Virus record (IMG/VR): IMGVR_UViG_2778261031_000007
Span: 1 to 34,551 of that record
Length of the DNA: 34,551 bases
DNA from: a virus
Lineage: Duplodnaviria; Heunggongvirae; Uroviricota; Caudoviricetes
Reading direction: 5' to 3' (one strand)
Positions within the stretch are counted from its first letter, which is position 1; the number at the start of each line of letters is the position of its first letter. Under the pieces are notes generated by a model. It saw only the letters and a list, made by a program, of their open reading frames with translations, was not told where the DNA came from and ran no database searches. Positions 27,075 through 34,551 of the stretch are shown here, in pieces. Position numbers and translations under genes: made by a program.

Positions 27075-27569
27075 TCAGAACAGCCCTTTAACTGAACTGG
27101 CCGCGCTGTTAAGAGATGATGTCACCTTATCTTTGAAGCCGGACAGCATATCACTGAACGATGAGGATTGCAGGCGCTCCCGCAAATCCTCATCACAGCG
27201 TTCAAGGGTCAGTGAAAATTCTATCTTTTTCGCCTTACCGTAGCGATCAAACTCGGAACGGGTCGTATTCGTTTCAGTCAGCACATACATGCCGTAAATC
27301 TGCCCGACGCCATCAATCAGAGGCCAGGGTCGTCCTGTATACGCCTGCGTGGTCAGCAGCGACAGCGATACTTCGCCACCTGTAATTTCAGGATAAAGCA
27401 CACCAGAAAGAACGATGCGATCATCTCCTGCACCGATATACTGCCAGCTTGCTGAACGGTTAACGCGTTCATTTTTCACATGCCGCCAGCTTTTGTTTTG
27501 CTGTAACTGCTGATGCGGCAGCGTGCGCAGCTCAAAAACAAACATGCCGTAGATCATCATCATGGCCAT
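27075..27569 (-). CDS. U: Tail protein U
   Basis: 164 aa; FVFELRTLPHQQLQ and VLSGVLYPEITGG match recalled P2 gpU. Confidence 0.9.
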   Translation of the reverse strand: MAMMMIYGMFVFELRTLPHQQLQQNKSWRHVKNERVNRSASWQYIGAGDDRIVLSGVLYPEITGGEVSLSLLTTQAYTGRPWPLIDGVGQIYGMYVLTETNTTRSEFDRYGKAKKIEFSLTLERCDEDLRERLQSSSFSDMLSGFKDKVTSSLNSAASSVKGLF

Positions 27570-27575
27570 GACTCC

Positions 27576-30392
27576 TCAATCTTTATCGTAAAAACTGCCA
27601 CGCCCGGCACGGGCGCGCCGTTCCATTTCTGCCCTGACCATTTCACCTACCAGTTTCGCAAGTTCGCGGGGATTCTGCGTAACAACGTTATGCAGATGAA
27701 CATGAATTTCACCGCCAAATCCGGAGGCAACCGGCTCCCGATTACGGGAAGCTGCAGGAACTGATGCCACTGGCGATCGTATGGCCTCCGCCACCGGGCG
27801 GGAGCTGGCCGCAACAACAGGGACCAGCGCCGGAGGCAGCGGAGCCGGGACCACGGGTGTGATATTAATTGCGGGGGCAGGCTTACTGACCTGCGCAATC
27901 TTCCGCTCCTGCCACTCCCCACGAACGGCAAGTGCGCGGGGCAGGTTCTTAAAGACAATATCGCCGGGGCCAATGCGTTTTTTCGTCTCATCAACCAGCT
28001 TACCTGTGTTATCAGCAATTTTGCTGAGTCTGCGCAGCGTACCGGTATTGCTGTCTGTGAGCGGTTTATTGTCTTTGGGGTTATCACCTCCGGTACCATT
28101 GCCATTTTCCACAGGCTTCGGCGGATTGATTTTCGCCAGGTCCCCCTGAAGCAAGGCAACCTTGTCCTGAAGAATGGCCGCACGCTGTGCGTCTTCGATT
28201 TTCTTGCGCGCCCTTTCCGCTTCATCCGGAAGGACGCCAAGTTTTTCAAGTATCCACGCCAGCGTATCCAGCAGCATTTTTGCAGGTGTCAGAACAAGCT
28301 GTAACGCACCGCCAAGAACGTTACCGAATATCTCGCCAGCACTGGTACATTTATCCAGCGTTTCCTTGCTGGACTCCATCGGTGACAGCAGCGATTTAAA
28401 CCAGTTAAACACCTGGCTGATCCCGCTCCCGATTGCGTCAAAAACAGGACCAAACCGTTCAAAAGTTTCGCGCAACGGGGTCAGCCTTTCCATAATCCCG
28501 CTGAACACCCCGGCAAAAAATGCCCTGATGGGATCCCAGTATTTCCAGATAAGAACGGCAGCTCCGGCAAGCGCAGCCACGATAAGACCAACCGGACTGA
28601 ACAACGCCCCGATAGCGCCTCCCAGCAAAGAAACGGACCCCGTCACCATTCCCCATAGTGCTGGCAGGACCCTGACAGCATTCATTGATCCGGTCAGGAG
28701 AGAAAAACCAAGACGCAGTTTTGCCAGCGGACCAGCAAGCACACCAATAGCCAGCGACAACGAGCCAACCGTTGCAGTCATTGCCAGCAACGCACCGCCT
28801 GCTATCAGTAGCTGGCGCGTCAGTGCCGGATGGGCCTGCGCCAGCGCCGTCACCCTTGATACCACCCGCGTGAGCCACTGCGTGACAGAACGCAGCGGAC
28901 CGTCAATCAGATCTGCAATGCGGATGCGCAACCCTTCCCATGCACTGCCGAGTGATTTCAGATCGCCGTCAAGGTTGTTGGCCATAACCTTTGCTGTGCG
29001 TTCAGCCTCACCGCGCGCGCCTTCAAGTTCTTTTCTCAGTTTGGGTAAGGAACCGTCACCCGCTGCATCAACGAGCGCCATAAACGATGTGAAAGCCTCT
29101 TCTCCGGCAATGTCCTTAAAGAACGATACCCGGTCAACTTCCCCGTATTTGCGGGTGGCTTTATAAAGGTCGGCCAGCACATCCTCCATCGGGCGCATTT
29201 TGCCCCCGGCATCCGAGACGGACACGCCCAGCTCTTTCAGAGCTTCTGCCGCCGCCTTTGGCGGTGATGCCAGACGAGCCAGGCTGGCACGCATTGCCGT
29301 CCCGGCATCACTCCCTCTGATGCCCATATTCGCCAGCACGCCAGCCATCGCTGCGGCCTGCTCCAGCGATATTCCCAGCTTCCCCGCCACCGGACCTGCA
29401 TATTTCATGGTTTCGCCCAGTGCGCGAAGGTCAGTGTTGGTACGGGTAAACGCTGCGGTGAGTGTGTCACCGACCCGGTCCATCTGGTCAGCAGAAAGGC
29501 CGAACTGCGTCAGGATATTTGAGCCAATATCTGCCGTCTCGCCGAGATCCATACCGCCAGCCGTTGCCATGCTCAGCACGCCGGGAAGCGCAGCCTGAAT
29601 GGCCTGCGGAGTGAAGCCAGCCATTGCAAGAAATGCCTGTCCACTGGCGGCATCGCCTGCGGTGAACTGCGTTTCAGAGCCAAGTTTTAACGCCTGCTCA
29701 CGCAGCGCCTTAAACTGCGGGCTGTTCTGGTCGATTCGCGTCAGTGCCTGAACGCGGGACATCTCTTTGCCGAACCCGATCGCAGGCTGCAAAAAACGCC
29801 CGGCAGCATAGCCGCCCGCCGCTGCCGCACCAATTGCCAGCGCACCACCTGTTTTCAGTTTTCCCGCTGTTTCCTGCGCGCGCGAATACCGCTCACGCGC
29901 CCGCGTTACACGCGCAAGCGCCTGCCGTTCGCGTTCAAGCTGGTTGTTGTACTGTTCGGTGCGTCTGATGGCCTGCTGGATGGTGTTATCGCTGCCTGTC
30001 AGGGAAATGCCGTGGCGTTTCAGCTCTCCGCCAAGTTCCCGCATTTTCTGAATTTCCCGTGTGCGCGATTCATTCAGGCGTTCAAGCCGGGTGCTTAACT
30101 GCTGCATCAGCTTTTGTTGTTTTTCGCTGAGCACTGTACCCGTGCGTTGTAACTGATTAAGGGCGTTAAGCTGGCGTCGTGCTTTCAATATGCCAGCATC
30201 CGCTTTACTGACAGCGTCACGGGCGCGCTCAAATGAACGCGCCTGACGCTCGAGATTTTTGATCGCCCCCTGCGTTCGCTGGATGGAGTCACCAAGCTGC
30301 CCCATCAGGCGGCGGGCGTTTTCGGCAGGCCGGGTCAACCTGTCAACGGCGCTGAAAGCGACCCGGATATCAAGAGTCTTCATTATCTGCAT
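27576..30392 (-). CDS. T: Tail tape measure protein T
   Basis: 938 aa, Ala/Gly-rich with coiled-coil N-terminus; sits between E/E' and U. Confidence 0.9.
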   Translation of the reverse strand: MQIMKTLDIRVAFSAVDRLTRPAENARRLMGQLGDSIQRTQGAIKNLERQARSFERARDAVSKADAGILKARRQLNALNQLQRTGTVLSEKQQKLMQQLSTRLERLNESRTREIQKMRELGGELKRHGISLTGSDNTIQQAIRRTEQYNNQLERERQALARVTRARERYSRAQETAGKLKTGGALAIGAAAAGGYAAGRFLQPAIGFGKEMSRVQALTRIDQNSPQFKALREQALKLGSETQFTAGDAASGQAFLAMAGFTPQAIQAALPGVLSMATAGGMDLGETADIGSNILTQFGLSADQMDRVGDTLTAAFTRTNTDLRALGETMKYAGPVAGKLGISLEQAAAMAGVLANMGIRGSDAGTAMRASLARLASPPKAAAEALKELGVSVSDAGGKMRPMEDVLADLYKATRKYGEVDRVSFFKDIAGEEAFTSFMALVDAAGDGSLPKLRKELEGARGEAERTAKVMANNLDGDLKSLGSAWEGLRIRIADLIDGPLRSVTQWLTRVVSRVTALAQAHPALTRQLLIAGGALLAMTATVGSLSLAIGVLAGPLAKLRLGFSLLTGSMNAVRVLPALWGMVTGSVSLLGGAIGALFSPVGLIVAALAGAAVLIWKYWDPIRAFFAGVFSGIMERLTPLRETFERFGPVFDAIGSGISQVFNWFKSLLSPMESSKETLDKCTSAGEIFGNVLGGALQLVLTPAKMLLDTLAWILEKLGVLPDEAERARKKIEDAQRAAILQDKVALLQGDLAKINPPKPVENGNGTGGDNPKDNKPLTDSNTGTLRRLSKIADNTGKLVDETKKRIGPGDIVFKNLPRALAVRGEWQERKIAQVSKPAPAINITPVVPAPLPPALVPVVAASSRPVAEAIRSPVASVPAASRNREPVASGFGGEIHVHLHNVVTQNPRELAKLVGEMVRAEMERRARAGRGSFYDKD

Positions 30393-30606
30393 TCCCGCTG
30401 CGAAGTGCCGCCCGCTCGCGCCAGCTAACCACTTCGCCGGGCGTCATCATGAAGATTTCGGCGGGCGACCAGTTAAAAATGGCGGCAATATCCGCCACCA
30501 GATCTTCGATGTGCTCAAAGCACACCAGGGTGATTACGCTGCCGTCTCCTGCACGCTCTTCGCGCCAGAGTCTGGCTCGCTCATAAAATTTACAGCCACA
30601 GCGCAC
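30370..30606 (-). CDS. E' frameshift extension (expressed as E+E' fusion by -1 frameshift)
   Basis: ORF in the -1 frame overlapping the 3' part of E; candidate slippery sites A_AAT_TTT (30585-30591) and an A7 tract (30632-30638). Confidence 0.55.
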   Translation of the reverse strand: MRCGCKFYERARLWREERAGDGSVITLVCFEHIEDLVADIAAIFNWSPAEIFMMTPGEVVSWRERAALRSGNADNEDS

Positions 30607-30899
30607 AACTGAATAAAATCGCGTGACGACATTTTTTTAATCATCACTTCATCCAGTCGCGGTGATGTCACGCGTGACAGCAGCGTAAACATGGATTCCG
30701 CTTTCAGATTCAGCACATCAGACAGCGACAGACCACGCAGGGATCCAGCCTGCTCAATAGCCCCGGTGATCTCCACATACGTGATTTTTTCGCCGCCTCG
30801 CTCAATTGGTTGGGTAAGTTTTACGCCACGCTCACTGGTTTCTTTCACAGTGTCAGTAACTACCGTGTTTTCGGTATCGATGTTTTTCGTCTCTTTCAT
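30534..30899 (-). CDS. E: Tail assembly chaperone E
   Basis: 121 aa between FII and T; AGGAG RBS 7 nt upstream. Confidence 0.8.
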   Translation of the reverse strand: MKETKNIDTENTVVTDTVKETSERGVKLTQPIERGGEKITYVEITGAIEQAGSLRGLSLSDVLNLKAESMFTLLSRVTSPRLDEVMIKKMSSRDFIQLCAVAVNFMSEPDSGAKSVQETAA

Positions 30900-30953
30900 C
30901 AGGAAACTCCTTTCAGTCAGAGGCGACGCACTGCGCCGCCTGCATATTACTTA

Positions 30954-31466
30954 TCAGCTAAGCCCGAGCGCGGAACGGATGCGATCGGGCACAATGTCCT
31001 TGCCGTCCTTCCGGTAAATGAAGTTCAGCAGGTCAATCTCCCACAACGGGCGATCGTTAACACTCAGCTTGTAGTAGGTGTTTTTAATGGCGTAAGTGTG
31101 TGATGTGGCTTCGCCCTGTTTGGCTTCCCCCATATCAATTTCCGTCACACGTCCGCGCATTTCGACTTCATACAGGTCGCTTTCTGCATCGGTGTAGTAT
31201 TCACCCGCAAAACGCAGCAGCGTGCCGTCAATCGTGCCGCCATACTTAAGGAACAGCTCACGAACTGCGCCCCCCATGACAAAGCTCGCATCAAGCGCGG
31301 AGTCATCCAGGCCGAGATCAATACTTACCGCTCCCATCATGCCACCACCCCGGTAGCTGTCGGTTTTGCGCGTCAGCTTAGGCAAAGTGACGGACGTCAC
31401 CTTACCCACTTCGTTTTCACCATCCACAAACAGCGTAAAAAAGCGAAGATGTTTTGGCACAGCCAT
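30954..31466 (-). CDS. FII: Tail tube protein FII
   Basis: 170 aa; LPKLTRK..YRGGGM..LGLDD motifs match recalled P2 gpFII. Confidence 0.9.
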   Translation of the reverse strand: MAVPKHLRFFTLFVDGENEVGKVTSVTLPKLTRKTDSYRGGGMMGAVSIDLGLDDSALDASFVMGGAVRELFLKYGGTIDGTLLRFAGEYYTDAESDLYEVEMRGRVTEIDMGEAKQGEATSHTYAIKNTYYKLSVNDRPLWEIDLLNFIYRKDGKDIVPDRIRSALGLS

Positions 31467-32650
31467 CAGGCACCTCCCAGCACCGCAAATGCGGGTTCAA
31501 AGTATTCATCAGTAAACGTCTGGTAAAGCTCCATGTCTTCCAGTGGCGGAACGGGCGTATATTTGTAGCGAATACGCACACGCCCCTGACGTAAATCCGT
31601 GGTGCTGTTATCCACCACGTCATACCAGCACTCCGCGCCAATCAGTTTCCCGGCAGTCACCAGTGAATCCAGTTTTGCCCTGATGGCACTGATAACATCC
31701 TTCACGTTCGCAGGCGTCAGTGGACTGTCGATGGTTTCAAACTGCGCTTCCGCAATTGAATCAGCCAGCACCTGTGCGGTTCGGGTATACACCTCAAAAA
31801 TGTAGGCGTTCGTTTCCGGTGTGCGGTTGCCCCAGAAGCGGAACCCGTTGCGACGAATAATGGTCGTGATTTCTTTGTTGTTGAGGCTGTTGGCATCGCT
31901 GTCTTCGGCCTGCAACGACCAGAACACATGCCTCGACATCCCCAGCACATTTTTAACCGGAACGTTGGACAGCGATTTGTGCCAGCCCTGCTCATGGTCA
32001 ATGTACGCACGAAGGCCGCACGCATAAGCAGGCGCGGGGAACGTTTCGTTTTCGCCACTTTTCGGGTTGTAGGCGATGAAGTCCGGCCATAAGAGCATCA
32101 CTTCACGTTCGTTGAATTTCTGGCGGTAGGTAATCGCTTCAGCCATCGTGTTACAGCCGTGACATGAGGCATACACAAATGCGCGCAGTTTACCCGCAAT
32201 CACGCACAGGGATTTTGTCACCGCCTCCGTGTCCAGCTCCGGCGCGGCCAGAATACGCGGACGGTATCCGATGCTTTCATCCTGCTCTGCAACAAGCAGC
32301 GCATACATCCCCGTATAGCTGCCGTCATCCTCAGAACCACCGATAACCAGTTGATCCTGCGTCTTTTCGTCTTCTTCTTTGTGTTCAGCCACGCGAACGA
32401 CGATCACCTTTGTGCTCACCTGGTCTGCGATGGCCTTAAGCGCACGATAAAGCGTCCCCGTTGTTCCGCATTTTCCCAGCACGTCATTGACGCGGGTCAG
32501 CAGTGTGGGCTTGTTCAGCGGGAACAGCTTCGCGTCCGCATCATCCGCCGTTGCCACGATACCGATAACGCTGGAATCAACATCGTTAATCGCTGTTACC
32601 AGGTCGGTATTTTCCGTAACACGGGCACCATGAAAACGAGTTTCACTCAT
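31466..32650 (-). CDS. FI: Tail sheath protein FI
   Basis: 394 aa; FPLNKP, KLRAFVYAS, EQGWHK, IRRNGFRFWGNRT, YTPVPPLE motifs match recalled P2 gpFI. Confidence 0.95.
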   Translation of the reverse strand: MSETRFHGARVTENTDLVTAINDVDSSVIGIVATADDADAKLFPLNKPTLLTRVNDVLGKCGTTGTLYRALKAIADQVSTKVIVVRVAEHKEEDEKTQDQLVIGGSEDDGSYTGMYALLVAEQDESIGYRPRILAAPELDTEAVTKSLCVIAGKLRAFVYASCHGCNTMAEAITYRQKFNEREVMLLWPDFIAYNPKSGENETFPAPAYACGLRAYIDHEQGWHKSLSNVPVKNVLGMSRHVFWSLQAEDSDANSLNNKEITTIIRRNGFRFWGNRTPETNAYIFEVYTRTAQVLADSIAEAQFETIDSPLTPANVKDVISAIRAKLDSLVTAGKLIGAECWYDVVDNSTTDLRQGRVRIRYKYTPVPPLEDMELYQTFTDEYFEPAFAVLGGA

Positions 32651-32807
32651 AGCTTCAGCCCCTTGTATCCGTTAAATGATTCGGCAACAATCATCACCCA
32701 CCACGCGCGTAATCTCACCCCTGCGCCGTTCTCCCGCCACGGCGACAACAAAAAGCAGTAACCCCCTCCGCACGCACATGCGACCATGCCACACAGGGAG
32801 GGAGCAG

Positions 32808-33917
32808 ATGACCGACACCACCATGCAATTGCTCAGTCAGGGCACAGACCCCGTGAAAATGCCGGATTTTGATATTCTCGCCGAGGGTAAAACGCTGTCC
32901 GGCGTGGCAGAACGCCTGATGAGCCTGTCACTGACCGACAACCGGGGATTTGAGGCGGACCAGCTCACCATCACGCTGGATGATGCCGATGGCCAGTTGC
33001 AGCTACCGCCACGGGGCGCGCGTCTGACGGTTCTCATTGGCTGGAAAGGGGAACCGCTGACAGAAAAAGGCACTTACATTGTTGATGAAATCGCTCACGA
33101 AGGACCGCCGGACAGGCTGACTGTTTCAGCCAGAAGCGCAGATTTTCGGGATGAATTTAACGTTAAACGTGAGGTGTCCTGGCATGATGTGACCGTTGAG
33201 CGTGTGGTATCCGCCATCGCTCATCGGTATGGTCTGAAACCGCAAATCAGCGAAATGCTGATGGATATCGAAATCGACCACGCCGACCAGACCGAAGAAA
33301 GCGACATGTCCTTCCTTACGCGCATGGCGGAAATGCTGGGCGCAATCACCACGGTAAAAAGCGGTAATCTGTTATTCATCATGCCCGGTGGTGGCGTGAA
33401 CGCACAGGGCCAGCCGTTGCCCTCGTTCGCCATCACACGCAACAGCGGCGATCGCCATCAGTTCCGCATTGCTGACCGCGAAGCGTATACGGGGGTACGC
33501 GCTTACTGGCTTGATCTTAATTACGGGAAAAAGAAAAAAGTCAGCGTGAAACGCCGCAAACCGTCAAAACCAAAAAAGGAGAAAAGCAGCAGCCGGGAAG
33601 GCGACTATATGGAAGGTGCGGAAGGCAACGTGTTTGTGTTACGCAAGACTTATCAGAACGAGCAGGCAGCAAGACGCGCAGCGGCGGCAAAGTGGCAGCA
33701 GCTACAACGCGGAGCTGCATCATTCTCCATCACGCTGGCGCGTGGACGCGCAGAACTCTATCCCGAAATGCATGGCACGGTAACAGGATTTAAAAGCGAG
33801 ATTGATAATCAGGACTGGATTATTGCAAAAGCCGAGCACACCATTGATAACAGCGGCTTTACCACGCAGCTTGAGCTTGAGGCAAAAATCCCGGAATGGA
33901 TAGCGGAAACAGAGTGA
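32808..33917 (+). CDS. D: Tail protein D (late control D)
   Basis: 369 aa from ATG 32808 (AGGGAGGGAG RBS); position before ogr; track ORF begins at an upstream alternative start. Confidence 0.85.
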   Translation: MTDTTMQLLSQGTDPVKMPDFDILAEGKTLSGVAERLMSLSLTDNRGFEADQLTITLDDADGQLQLPPRGARLTVLIGWKGEPLTEKGTYIVDEIAHEGPPDRLTVSARSADFRDEFNVKREVSWHDVTVERVVSAIAHRYGLKPQISEMLMDIEIDHADQTEESDMSFLTRMAEMLGAITTVKSGNLLFIMPGGGVNAQGQPLPSFAITRNSGDRHQFRIADREAYTGVRAYWLDLNYGKKKKVSVKRRKPSKPKKEKSSSREGDYMEGAEGNVFVLRKTYQNEQAARRAAAAKWQQLQRGAASFSITLARGRAELYPEMHGTVTGFKSEIDNQDWIIAKAEHTIDNSGFTTQLELEAKIPEWIAETE

Positions 33918-33959
33918 AGAACTTAGAATAGCGGCAGCACCACGTTAAGGGAGGTCGCT

Positions 33960-34220
33960 ATGTTCCGTTGTCCGCTTTGTGGCGCATCTGCCCGTATCCG
34001 CACCAGTCGTCCGGAAAATGATTCAAACACCGTGCGGCAAAAGTATTACCAGTGTAACAACCTGGAATGCGGCGTATGCTTCTCAACACTGGAAGCCTTC
34101 CATAAATTCACATCGAAACACGCCTCCGGCGTTCACTCATCAGAAGGTATCCCGTGGCATGAGCTGCCAGCTTCACACAGGGGAAACAATCAGATGAGTT
34201 TGCCTTTACCTCAGAATTAA
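33960..34220 (+). CDS. ogr: Ogr-type zinc-finger late-gene activator
   Basis: MFRCPLCG...CNNLEC four-Cys pattern like recalled P2 Ogr; AAGGGAGG RBS. Confidence 0.85.
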   Translation: MFRCPLCGASARIRTSRPENDSNTVRQKYYQCNNLECGVCFSTLEAFHKFTSKHASGVHSSEGIPWHELPASHRGNNQMSLPLPQN

Positions 34221-34410
34221 CAGGCAGAATTGCCGGAGTAACAAAAAAGCGATAGATTACGCGCGGGTGCCTTTCGGCTGATGGTCGGAGGGAATACCCG
34301 AAGGCCAGATGTGGAAAGGCCCCGGAAAACACTTTTGTTTAACCGAGGCCCTAACCGTCTACCCTAAGCAAGTGAAAGGTTAGCGCCTCTCCGGAAAAGG
34401 AGCAAGTGCT

Positions 34411-34551
34411 ATGTCGCAAAAATCGCTTACAGCCATCACGTTCTGCGTGACGGTAATCCTCATCATCTGGATATTGCATGGTTCGCTGTGCGAAATACGG
34501 ATGAGCTTCTGGGGCGCGGAGTTTGCGGCGTTCTTACAGTGTAAGCAGTAA
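34411..34551 (+). CDS. hok: Hok/Gef-family type I toxin (46 aa)
   Basis: MSQKSLTAITFCVTVILIIWILHGSLCEIRMSFWGAEFAAFLQCKQ: N-terminal TM helix then SLCEIR and E-x-AAF as in Hok/HokA; AAGGAG RBS; window ends at its stop codon. Confidence 0.75.
   Translation: MSQKSLTAITFCVTVILIIWILHGSLCEIRMSFWGAEFAAFLQCKQ

Larger units (their letters stand above)
1..34220. mobile_element. P2-like prophage, integrase to ogr; left end cut by the window at the int stop codon
   Basis: Contiguous P2-type gene order with recognisable homologues of int, C, A, Q, P, O, N, M, L, X, R, S, V, W, J, I, H, G, FI, FII, E, T, U, D and ogr. Confidence 0.85.

Noticed and set aside
28174-29166. 330-aa ORF on the plus strand
   Set aside because: Antisense to tape measure T; Ser/Ala/Pro-rich; artefact of an open reverse frame.
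32651-32807. Ogr-box (TGT-N12-ACA) late promoter upstream of FI or D
   Set aside because: I looked for the motif at the recalled spacing and did not find it (only TGT with non-matching partners), so no late-promoter claim is made.
34368-34551. mok-like overlapping reading frame for the hok locus
   Set aside because: An alternative frame is open across hok but contains no ATG, GTG or TTG start in the upstream part; cannot be supported.
1-34551. CRISPR arrays, rRNA or tRNA genes
   Set aside because: No short direct-repeat and spacer arrays and no sequence with recognisable tRNA or rRNA features were seen on manual reading; an attachment-site tRNA, if any, would lie outside the window.

Overview
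This window is an almost complete P2-like (Peduovirus-type) temperate phage genome in prophage orientation, running from the integrase stop codon (pos 1-3) to ogr (ends 34220), with a hok-family toxin gene at the right edge. All calls rest on reading the sequence and ORF track and on recalled protein families; no searches or computations were run. Gene order: int and repressor C (minus) | cox-like gene plus about eleven small, translationally coupled early ORFs, then replication initiator A | a 3.4 kb cargo region between A and the portal gene | portal Q and terminase P (minus) | O, N, M, L, X, holin, endolysin, spanins, R, S, V, W, J, I, H, G (plus) | a Gin/Pin-type invertible tail-fibre segment with a silent G'/H' cassette and a serine invertase | U, T, E/E', FII, FI on the minus strand | D and ogr (plus). 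The most interesting part is the cargo region at the position where P2 carries tin/old: it holds a ParM/ParR-type actin-like segregation pair, two orphan genes (a visibly AT-rich 198-aa membrane-anchored protein and a 174-aa protein) and about 0.9 kb of structured non-coding DNA. I regard this as the best candidate for an uncharacterised accessory or anti-phage module, but its function is inferred from position and composition only. Two further points stand out: the tail-fibre inversion switch can be resolved to its two 26-bp crossover sites, and the FI-FII-E-T-U tail block is in the opposite orientation to canonical P2 synteny.
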